A stretch of DNA of 64,000 bases from Candidatus Falkowbacteria bacterium. Lineage in GTDB: Bacteria; Patescibacteriota; Patescibacteriia; UBA11705; JABHMO01. The stretch is from assembly GCA_018674305.1 (NCBI GenBank), contig JABHAL010000010.1, forward strand, positions 25,708-89,707, read 5' to 3'. Shown here in pieces: positions 56,589-64,000 of the stretch; position 1 is the first letter of the stretch; every line of letters starts with the position of its first letter. The position numbers and the translations under genes are program-made. The notes under the pieces are model-generated. The model was not told the origin of the DNA. It worked only from the letters and a program-made list of their open reading frames with translations, and did no database searches.

Positions 56589-57311
56589 CTAACTAATTTT
56601 ATCAAACCCTATCTTAAACGCGCTCAATGATAAACCAGCTACCTTACGCTTCCCAGATACATCAACAGCACTATGATATTCAAATAATACACATAACTTT
56701 TTGGGGTCTTCAGATAAATCCGTAAAAAAACCTATTACACGAGTTTTGTAATCACTATTTGATGACCTGGACTTAAATTCATCACCAACTTTATATCCTT
56801 TATATTCGTGTAGTTCTAATAAAACCTCCTTAATTTGACCAACATTTTCAGTGTTTTCATATTTGGATTCAACTGGTCCGGCAATTTTAATTAAACTAGC
56901 CATTTCAAAAGTATGCCATGAATTAAAAACATCTAGAAAAACCTTAGCAAGTAGTTTAACAGGTTCCACCGTCTCGATTCGTCCAGGTTGAAAATCTCCT
57001 TCTGGGGTCATAACGACTACCCGATCACCCTCCTTCATTTCTGTAATCTCCACAAATTCATTTTCTGGCGATATCTTCATCTCCTTGGTTTCAATAAACT
57101 CAACTATTTCCTCTTTTTTTGTAATGTAATCGCGCATCACTTGAAGCGCCTCTTTACTTCCAGCTTCGGCCTTTTCTTTCAAGTCAGCAAATCCAAATCC
57201 ACCTGAAATTACTTCTAACTCAGACATTATTTTATCAAAATGCGCTTGCTGAACTTCGTTGAAGTTAGCATGCAAGGATTTTTCGGTTAAAGATTGTTCG
57301 GGATTTAACAT
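56589..57311 (-). CDS. Paralog-family protein P5
   Basis: Family N-terminus SLTEKSLHANFNEVQQAHFDKIMSELEVISGGFGFADLKEKAEAGSKEALQVMRDYITKKEEIVEFIETKEMK. A start at M11 (MLNPEQ) is preferred by homology with P7; the track start is 57341. Confidence 0.65.
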   Translation of the reverse strand: MLNPEQSLTEKSLHANFNEVQQAHFDKIMSELEVISGGFGFADLKEKAEAGSKEALQVMRDYITKKEEIVEFIETKEMKISPENEFVEITEMKEGDRVVVMTPEGDFQPGRIETVEPVKLLAKVFLDVFNSWHTFEMASLIKIAGPVESKYENTENVGQIKEVLLELHEYKGYKVGDEFKSRSSNSDYKTRVIGFFTDLSEDPKKLCVLFEYHSAVDVSGKRKVAGLSLSAFKIGFDKIS

Positions 57312-57391
57312 AATTTTCAGTAAACGGTAAACGTTAAACAATAAACCTTTAATTACTTATTGGATATTAGGTATTGGGCATTTGATATTGG

Positions 57392-58117
57392 TTACTCCTT
57401 GGCGTTAGTATTTATTTTCTTGAAATTTCTAGAAAAATCAGCTATATACCAATGACCGACCTTCCTTTTTCCAGCCTTATCTAAATCATAATCTATAAAC
57501 TCACCTAAAATTTTTAACTTTCCGTGAACAAGCACAAATCCTATCAAACGATTTTTCCAGTTTTGGACCTTTGATTTAAACTCGTCACCAACTTTATACT
57601 GCTCAAACTCATGAAGCTCTAATAAAAGTTCTTTGTCATCAACCTCTTCCTCACCAACAACTGTGTATTTTTCACCAACTGGTCCGGCGATTTTAGCTAA
57701 CCTTGTTATCATATATCCACGAGTAACATCTTCCTCATCCATTTTAACGTTTACGCCCAGAAAAGCATCCGGACTTGAGCAGATTGTCCCTATTTGAAAT
57801 TGTCTTGCTCCATCTAAAATTAACACGCTGTCACCATTTTTAAGTTCTGTTATCTCCACAAATTCATTTTCTGGCGATATATTCATTTCCTTTGTTTCAA
57901 TAAACTCCACAATTTCTTCTTTCTTCGCGATGTAATCTCGCATCACCTGAAGAGCTTCCTTACTTCCAGCCTCAGCTTTTGCTTTTAGCTCAGCAAAGCC
58001 TAACCCACCTGAGATCACTTCTAACTCAGACATTAGTTTATCAAAATGAGCTTGCTGACTTTCATCAAAGTTTGCATGCAAAGATTTTTCGATTAAAGAT
58101 TGTTCTAGCTTAAACAT
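57392..58117 (-). CDS. Paralog-family protein P6
   Basis: 241 aa with the family N-terminus. Its C-terminus shares LAKIAGPVGEKY and LLELHEFEQYKVGDEFKSK with P5 and P7. Confidence 0.7.
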   Translation of the reverse strand: MFKLEQSLIEKSLHANFDESQQAHFDKLMSELEVISGGLGFAELKAKAEAGSKEALQVMRDYIAKKEEIVEFIETKEMNISPENEFVEITELKNGDSVLILDGARQFQIGTICSSPDAFLGVNVKMDEEDVTRGYMITRLAKIAGPVGEKYTVVGEEEVDDKELLLELHEFEQYKVGDEFKSKVQNWKNRLIGFVLVHGKLKILGEFIDYDLDKAGKRKVGHWYIADFSRNFKKINTNAKE

Positions 58118-58123
58118 AGTTAA

Positions 58124-58843
58124 TTATCTAATTTTTTTACACTTTAACAAAAAAGGTTCAGGCTCATTATAGTACACAAAATACTTCCCAGTCGCTTCAT
58201 CAACATTATCAATAGTTTCATATAACAATTTAACCACACCACGGTCCAAAACAAATGCAATCAATCGCACTTTATAGGGAGTATTTTTTACCGCAAACTC
58301 ATCACCAACCTTGAAATCTTCATATTGATGAGTTTCTAACAAAAGAACATCCAACTGTTCTTCAGTTGATACAGGGTTGCCATATTTAAGACCAAATGGA
58401 CCAGCTATTTTTGCTAATGTTAGCAATGGACACCTAGTAATTCTCATTCCATCAAAAGCTACTTTTGCCCTTTTACTATCACCAAAATCAAAAAAATCTT
58501 TTATTTCACCTATCTTTCCATGTCTCCATGAACCCTCCTGTAAAAACGTAACCGTATCATTAACTTTTATTTCAGTAATTTCTACAATCGGATTCGCCTC
58601 GAAATCTGGCATTTTCTTGGTTTCAATAAACTCAACTATCTGTTCTTTCTTGGCAATATAATCCCGCATCACCTGAAGAGCTTCCGTACTTCCAGCCTCA
58701 GCTTTTTCTTTTAGCTCAGCAAACCCTAATCCACCCGAGATTACTTCTAACTCAGACATTAATTTATCAAAATGCATCTGCTGAACTTCGGTGAAGTTAG
58801 CTTTGAGTGCGTTTTCTTGTAATTGTTGTTCTGGGTTAATCAT
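58124..58843 (-). CDS. Paralog-family protein P7
   Basis: 239 aa with the family N-terminus MINPEQQLQENALKANFTEVQQMHFDKLMSELEVISGGLGFAELKEKAEAGSTEALQVMRDYIAKKEQIVEFIETK. Confidence 0.7.
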   Translation of the reverse strand: MINPEQQLQENALKANFTEVQQMHFDKLMSELEVISGGLGFAELKEKAEAGSTEALQVMRDYIAKKEQIVEFIETKKMPDFEANPIVEITEIKVNDTVTFLQEGSWRHGKIGEIKDFFDFGDSKRAKVAFDGMRITRCPLLTLAKIAGPFGLKYGNPVSTEEQLDVLLLETHQYEDFKVGDEFAVKNTPYKVRLIAFVLDRGVVKLLYETIDNVDEATGKYFVYYNEPEPFLLKCKKIR

Positions 58844-58927
58844 ATAATACGAATGAATTAAGATACGAATGCCGCGAATATTCGAATGCCACGAATAGAA
58901 TCCAAAATATTTATTCGCATATTAGCA

Positions 58928-59821
58928 TCATTCGCATGAGAGTATATTCGTATCAATCTTATGTAACTCAATTTTCTCACCAAAAAACTTATCTGCTGTT
59001 TCCTGAAAATTATCGCTTAGATCTGTCACTAAATATTTGGTTTGTGAATTTTTACTTAAATCATTATCAATTTCCGGATGCCTCTTTAAATAATCTTTTA
59101 AACTCTTGGCCACAATCTCACCAGGATTAGGAACCAAGCAATTCGGCCCCATTATTTGTTTAATTTGTTCTATTAATAATGGATAATGAGTACAAGCTAA
59201 AACTAAAACTTGAACCGCTTGCTCTCGCAATGGTTGAATATATTTTTCTAAAATAACTTTGGTTTCAGGTTCATTCATCCAGCCTTCCTCAATCAACGGC
59301 ACCAGCAATGGACAAGCTTGTTGAACTATATTGAGTTCATGAACCTTTGACCCTGAACCTTTACCCCTTCCTTGCCCCTGAATCCTGACTCCTTGACCCT
59401 TTAATTCTACCACATAAATGTTCGAATTAACAGTTCCTCGCGTGCCAATTATTCCAACTTTACTACAACCAAGCCCTGCCACATACTCTGCCATCGGCCG
59501 CACCACTCCCAGTATATTAAATTCGTCATTCCGGACTTGATCCGGAATCTCACGAACAAGGCCGGGTAGCCACTCTTGCTGCAATCGTCTCAACGCTTTC
59601 GCACTGGCAGTATTACAAGCAACTATAATTAATTTGCAACCATTTTTAAATAAATAATCACACGCCTTTCTGGTCAAACCAAAGATAGCCTCATCAGATC
59701 TATTTCCGTAAGGAACATGAAGTGTATCACCCAAATACATATAATCGTATTTCGGCAAACTACGTTTAATTTCTTTTAATACGGTTAATCCACCTAAACC
59801 GCTATCAAAGACACCAATCAT
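58928..59821 (-). CDS. murI: Glutamate racemase MurI, with two repeat-derived in-frame insertions
   Basis: GVFDSGLGGLTV, IVACNTASA, ACTHYP and the rest are MurI-like. ...LVREIPDQVRNDEF... is encoded by the REP-like 25-mer, and GQGVRIQGQGRGKGSGSKV by CAAGG-type simple repeats. Confidence 0.8.
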   Translation of the reverse strand: MIGVFDSGLGGLTVLKEIKRSLPKYDYMYLGDTLHVPYGNRSDEAIFGLTRKACDYLFKNGCKLIIVACNTASAKALRRLQQEWLPGLVREIPDQVRNDEFNILGVVRPMAEYVAGLGCSKVGIIGTRGTVNSNIYVVELKGQGVRIQGQGRGKGSGSKVHELNIVQQACPLLVPLIEEGWMNEPETKVILEKYIQPLREQAVQVLVLACTHYPLLIEQIKQIMGPNCLVPNPGEIVAKSLKDYLKRHPEIDNDLSKNSQTKYLVTDLSDNFQETADKFFGEKIELHKIDTNILSCE

Positions 59822-59944
59822 AGAAAAACAAGATATTAGACAAATATTGACTACTATTAACCTAATATTATAACCTTACTTGCCCAGAGTTCATCGAAGG
59901 GTATTTTACTATTTTAGCAGAAATTACAGTAACAGTAAATATAC

Positions 59945-59973
59945 TTGACAAAAACAACTTTTTGAGTTAAACT
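59945..59973 (+). promoter_or_regulatory. Probable promoter TTGACA-17-TAAACT
   Basis: atacttgacaaaa context identical to the sRNA promoter at 43681. It lies upstream of the 60001 gene. Confidence 0.4.
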
Positions 59974-60000
59974 TGCTTGTAATCACAATGAGGTGTCTAA

Positions 60001-60291
60001 ATGATTGAAATACAAATCGAAGAAAGACCTAGTCCTGAACTAAAAATCGCCTTTGTACAAAAACTGGATAACGGCAACACCGTATTGAAAGTTCTTTTAC
60101 TATCTGAACACTTGGACATTCTTTTTGAAAAAATACTTGAACTCAAACCTGGGTACAGTTTTCACGAATACACTCAGGAAGTAAAAAGAAGAATTGAAGG
60201 AAAGAGTGTAGATGACGCAATCAAAGAGATCCGATTTTTCAATCAATCAAGTCCAACCGTTGTACATCATTTGAGAAAAAGGGAGGAATAA
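60001..60291 (+). CDS. Hypothetical small protein (tandem paralog 1)
   Basis: 96 aa with ribosome-binding site GAGGTG. It shares a P.PE...K.DN...IL.E...PGY pattern with the next ORF. Confidence 0.5.
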   Translation: MIEIQIEERPSPELKIAFVQKLDNGNTVLKVLLLSEHLDILFEKILELKPGYSFHEYTQEVKRRIEGKSVDDAIKEIRFFNQSSPTVVHHLRKREE

Positions 60292-60293
60292 CC

Positions 60294-60581
60294 ATGCTAA
60301 CAGTTATGCTTAAGTCCCCACGACCTGAATGTCAAGTTTACATCCGTGAATTTCACAAGCCTGACAATCCAGCCTTGTTCGTTACCATTCGGGTAATGGA
60401 CCCACAAGATCAAATCTTGCTTGAAAGCCGGGCTACGATTTTACCAGGATACACCTCTGCTGACTTGCGCTATGATATGGAAACTGCCATGAGAGATTTG
60501 CCTCCGCATGACGGCAAAGGTGCTACGATTATAATCAATGATCTTATTCTCAGCATGCCAGAAAAATTACGGGTAGCCTAA
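60294..60581 (+). CDS. Hypothetical small protein (tandem paralog 2)
   Basis: 95 aa with ribosome-binding site AAGGGAGG, starting 2 nt after the previous stop. Confidence 0.5.
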   Translation: MLTVMLKSPRPECQVYIREFHKPDNPALFVTIRVMDPQDQILLESRATILPGYTSADLRYDMETAMRDLPPHDGKGATIIINDLILSMPEKLRVA

Positions 60582-60596
60582 ACTAAAACACCACAA

Positions 60597-60628
60597 CAGC
60601 CCAACGATTTGGGCTGTTTTTCTTTTTT
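60597..60628 (+). terminator. Rho-independent terminator
   Basis: cagcccaa-cgat-ttgggctg followed by tttttctttttt. Confidence 0.7.
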
Positions 60629-60679
60629 AAATATTATGTTAAAATTTTAGTAGACCCATTCATTTAACGGAGACTAAAA

Positions 60680-61144
60680 ATGGCTAACTCAACAAATTCA
60701 GCAGAACAATTGAAGGATGTAGTTTTAGTAGGATCTGATCATGGCGGATTTGAGTTAAAACGGAAAATTCTGGATTTTCTTGAACTTAACTATATTCCTG
60801 TCGAGGATGTTGGCACTTATTTCAGCGAACCTTGCGACTATCCTGATATTGCCAGACTGGTAGCCGAGCCAATCTCTACTGGAACACACACTCGCGGAAT
60901 TTTAGTGTGCGGAACTGGACTGGGTATTTCAATTGCTGCGAACAAATCCCCAGGAGTACAAGCTGCGGTCGGCTACAATGAAATTGCAACTCAAATGGCT
61001 CGCGAACACAATGATGCTCACATCATCTGTTTTGGAGAACGTACTATGGACCATGATGAAGTTTTAAGGTGCGTAAAAATCTTTTTGGAAACGCCCTTTT
61101 CAAATGGAGAGAGACACATTAAAAGACTTCAGAAGCTCGAATAG
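60680..61144 (+). CDS. rpiB: Ribose-5-phosphate isomerase B
   Basis: 154 aa with VLVGSDHGGFELK and ILVCGTGLGISIAANK, the RpiB/LacAB signatures. Confidence 0.85.
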   Translation: MANSTNSAEQLKDVVLVGSDHGGFELKRKILDFLELNYIPVEDVGTYFSEPCDYPDIARLVAEPISTGTHTRGILVCGTGLGISIAANKSPGVQAAVGYNEIATQMAREHNDAHIICFGERTMDHDEVLRCVKIFLETPFSNGERHIKRLQKLE

Positions 61145-61169
61145 TCTTTATGTTTTCCAAACAAAAAAA

Positions 61170-61204
61170 CCACCAACTACATTGTAGTGGTGGGTTTTAT
61201 TTTT
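61170..61204 (+). terminator. Rho-independent terminator after rpiB
   Basis: ccaccaactac...gtagtggtgg hairpin followed by ttttattttt. Confidence 0.6.
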
Positions 61205-61373
61205 CACCGCAAAGGCTTATCAAAAACCTCTGATCTTGTTGATTTCCCTTTCAATCAACAGTTGCGTATCCGTAGCAACTGTTTCTTTTGGCAGCGACTT
61301 CAGCAAAGTAGAATCAGGACTGCGAGTGAAACCCATGAACTTAGTATTCTGTCAGCAATTAGCTAAAATTAAA

Positions 61374-61404
61374 CAAAAAAATGAACCATTAGGTTCATTT
61401 TTTA
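61374..61404. terminator. Bidirectional terminator downstream of the phosphohexomutase gene
   Basis: atgaacc-atta-ggttcat flanked by an A-run and a T-run. Confidence 0.6.
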
Positions 61405-61426
61405 TATTATATTACACCTTAAATCT

Positions 61427-62770
61427 TTAATCTGTCCGTATTATCTCTAAAATCTCATCACGCTTTTCTTTCATCAACTCTTCCGTCTTTGCTTCTAAGT
61501 TTAATCGCAGAAGCGGCTCGGTATTACTTGGACGAACATTGAACCACCAGTCTTCAAATTCAAAAGTTCCACCATCAAACGCCTGAGTCAAATTATCACC
61601 AAATCTTTCTTTTAACTTGGCAATAATCTCATCCTTGTCTTCAACTTCTGAATTAGTCTCTTCAATCCGATAATATGTTTGAAATTCTTTAATTGTTTCT
61701 GAAAATGACTTACCTTCTTCACTTAACATCTGCAAAACAATTACGGTCGCGATAATTCCACTATCCGCTCGATAATTGTCCTTGAAATAATAATGACCTG
61801 AATGCTCACCAGCAAAAACCGCGCCAGTTTCTTTCATGTCCTGTTTAATATATGAGTGTCCAACCTTACTTGTAAAAGCTTTTCCACCCATTTTTTCCAC
61901 AACTTCAGGAACGGCCTTACTCACAACCACATTACGAATTATTGTAGCGCCTGGATTTTTTTCTAATAATTTTTTCGCCACCATAGCCGTTATCCAAGAG
62001 CTGTCAATCATATCCCCTTTTTCATCAACAAAAAACACTCGATCTGCATCACCATCAAAGGCTAAACCAAGATCAGCGTTAGTTTCTTTCACTTTGGCGA
62101 TTAAGTCCAAATTATTTTCAATTTCAATCGGACTGGGCTGATGGTTTGGAAAAGTACCGTCCAACTCAAAATATAGAGGAATAATTTCGCAGGGTAAATC
62201 ATTAAAAATTGCCGGGACAATTTTTCCAGCCATTCCATTTCCAGCGTCAACTACAATTTTTAGAGGTTTTATTTTTTCTTTATCAATAAAAGTGTAAACA
62301 TGCTCGGCGAATTCTTCTAAAATCCCATCTTTTCCTTCAACTTGCCCCAAAACTTCAGAATCAGTAAATTCGTTTTTCAAAACTAATTCTTTCATTTCAG
62401 TTAGTCCGCTTTCCTTTCCAACTGGCTGGGCTCCGGACAAACAAAACTTAATCCCAATATAATCCTTTGGATTGTGCGAGGCTGTGATCATGGCGCCTGC
62501 CATTTGATATTTTCCAGAAGCAAAATAAACTGTATCAGTGCTGACAAGACCAAGAGTTATTACCTTTGCTCCCTGTTTTGTTGCTCCACGAATAAAAGCC
62601 TGACTCATTTGTGGTGAAGAAATTCGCATATCCCAACCCAAAACTAATTCTTTGATTTGAAAATGAAGAACAAAAGCTTGTCCTACTCGTTCCATTATTT
62701 CTTCATTGAATTGGTCAGGATAAATGCCCCGAAAATCGTAGGCTTTAAAAATTAATTGATCAATCTGCAT
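61427..62770 (-). CDS. Phosphoglucomutase/phosphomannomutase (alpha-D-phosphohexomutase family)
   Basis: 447 aa with the active-site TASHNP and metal-binding DGDADR. Confidence 0.85.
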   Translation of the reverse strand: MQIDQLIFKAYDFRGIYPDQFNEEIMERVGQAFVLHFQIKELVLGWDMRISSPQMSQAFIRGATKQGAKVITLGLVSTDTVYFASGKYQMAGAMITASHNPKDYIGIKFCLSGAQPVGKESGLTEMKELVLKNEFTDSEVLGQVEGKDGILEEFAEHVYTFIDKEKIKPLKIVVDAGNGMAGKIVPAIFNDLPCEIIPLYFELDGTFPNHQPSPIEIENNLDLIAKVKETNADLGLAFDGDADRVFFVDEKGDMIDSSWITAMVAKKLLEKNPGATIIRNVVVSKAVPEVVEKMGGKAFTSKVGHSYIKQDMKETGAVFAGEHSGHYYFKDNYRADSGIIATVIVLQMLSEEGKSFSETIKEFQTYYRIEETNSEVEDKDEIIAKLKERFGDNLTQAFDGGTFEFEDWWFNVRPSNTEPLLRLNLEAKTEELMKEKRDEILEIIRTD

Positions 62771-62775
62771 AAAAA

Positions 62776-63924
62776 TTATTTTAATACACCCTTAAATATT
62801 AAATACAATGCCCCAAATCCAGCGGTGCTTATAATTAAATTAATTAAAAATCCAACAAAAGGCAAGGATATTGCCACTACAACAATAAATACTCCGAGTA
62901 TCATTGGCCAAAATAATTTATTATTTTTCACGTCTTCTTTCAAAATCAAGGCACCAATTGCCAAAGCCACAAAAACTTTAACCACATAAAAAGCAATCAA
63001 ATATAGTCCCATAGCAATTAACCCCAATGGCATTCCAACCATAGTCGCCATTAATAATAAACTAACCATCGGAGTAAAAATAAGCCACCAAAAGCCATGA
63101 TTAAAACACTTTAATGGATCTTTGCTAACTGTTGCCGCTAAAAGCATGGTGATTTTTTTCATAACCCTAATCATCACCATTGCCAAAACCAATAATCCAA
63201 AGAAGTAAAATAGTCTCCCAAATATATACAGATAGTCAAAAGTTTTCCTCCAATCAACGCTGACTTGCTGGCTTAATTGCTTAGTTTGCCCAGTAATCTG
63301 CAAAGAATCAAAGTTAACCATTGTTTTTCTGGTTGGAGAATATTCCAAATTACCACCAACACTTAATCCTTCTGCAAACTCTACCGACCCCTTTGGATCA
63401 ATATGCAAAAATAAATTACCACCAATATTTTGATCAAGCTTAGCAGAAACACCAAATAAATTTATATCGCCTTGATGTTCTGACTGTAAATCAAATTTAT
63501 TTGCTCCAACCATAATATCCTGACCAACAGTCCCTGAAACGATAACTGACTCTCCTGCTCCAGTAAAGTTTTTTCGGACCTCTCCCGTAATCACTATTTT
63601 CCCAGCCAAGAATCGCAAATTGCCTTTTACTGTGCCATTAATTGTCAAATTTTCGGCTGCTCCAATCAAATCCCCTTCAATAACACCATCAACTACAACT
63701 GTTTCAGCTAAAATATAAGCATCTTTTTGTAATGTGCCAGAAATATCAACGGTCTCCCCAGTTTTGAAAAAATTATAGCTAATAACTTGTTCTTTTGGAA
63801 TAAATACGTTTTCCATCTCTCCGTAACTAGCTAAAGTCACCGCAGGCAAACATAAAACAATTAGAATTAATATCAGCCAAAACTTTTTCATAAATTTGTA
63901 CTTTTTAATTATTAATTTACCCAC
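62776..63924 (-). CDS. Membrane protein with an N-terminal beta-helical, bactofilin-like repeat domain and a C-terminal multi-transmembrane region
   Basis: 382 aa with a signal sequence, repeated V.G.V.GDL/N units (VVVDGVIEGDLIGAAENLTINGTVKGNLRFLAGKIVITGEV), and four or more C-terminal transmembrane helices. Confidence 0.5.
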   Translation of the reverse strand: MGKLIIKKYKFMKKFWLILILIVLCLPAVTLASYGEMENVFIPKEQVISYNFFKTGETVDISGTLQKDAYILAETVVVDGVIEGDLIGAAENLTINGTVKGNLRFLAGKIVITGEVRKNFTGAGESVIVSGTVGQDIMVGANKFDLQSEHQGDINLFGVSAKLDQNIGGNLFLHIDPKGSVEFAEGLSVGGNLEYSPTRKTMVNFDSLQITGQTKQLSQQVSVDWRKTFDYLYIFGRLFYFFGLLVLAMVMIRVMKKITMLLAATVSKDPLKCFNHGFWWLIFTPMVSLLLMATMVGMPLGLIAMGLYLIAFYVVKVFVALAIGALILKEDVKNNKLFWPMILGVFIVVVAISLPFVGFLINLIISTAGFGALYLIFKGVLK

Positions 63925-64000
63925 TTTTCAACTTTGACGTTTAGGTATAAGTATTATACAATATTAGCAGAAAAATACAAAAATTTAGGAAAGCACGGAA

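Overview
This window is an AT-rich (about one-third GC), gene-dense bacterial region coded mostly on the minus strand. Its gene content points to a reduced-genome bacterium, possibly a Candidate Phyla Radiation (Patescibacteria) member (inference).

Recognisable housekeeping genes: murB, murC, murI, a WecA/MraY-like transferase, glyA, folD, dnaB, ybaB, recR, rplU, gatA, gatC, ligA, gap, rpiB, queH, a UvrD/PcrA helicase, a phosphohexomutase, an RseP-like site-2 protease, a bacterial Elp3 homologue, a deoxynucleoside kinase, and a type IV pilin/prepilin-peptidase cluster. There are no rRNA, tRNA or CRISPR features, and no evidence of stop-codon recoding.

The main unexplained signals are:
- A seven-member paralog family in two tandem arrays (2769-5899 and 56589-58843). 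All copies share a nearly identical ~75-aa N-terminal domain, conserved at the DNA level, fused to unrelated C-terminal domains. Heptamer repeats and REPIN-like palindromes lie between the copies.
- An ORF-free, strand-asymmetric region of about 1.3 kb (23.9-25.2 kb). Its minus strand carries several C(UUCG)G-capped hairpins and ends in a strong terminator, so it is a candidate large structured ncRNA.
- A GC-rich ~540-nt candidate ncRNA (15.1-15.6 kb) with a consensus promoter and terminator on the minus strand; its identity is unresolved.
- A ~230-nt sRNA candidate (43.7-43.95 kb) with a perfect sigma70 promoter and a terminator.
- A GC-rich (~50-55%) island carrying three tandem lipoprotein paralogs and a LemA-like gene, with duplicated terminator modules.
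- A REP-associated tyrosine transposase, together with several REP/REPIN-like palindromes. One of these is inserted in-frame inside murI.
- A GxxExxY-protein cassette bounded by 23-bp inverted repeats.
- A ~125-155-bp intergenic repeat family in four copies.
- A 1361-aa protein with no signal peptide embedded in the pilin operon.
- A membrane-anchored, zinc-ribbon-containing ClpC-like ATPase.
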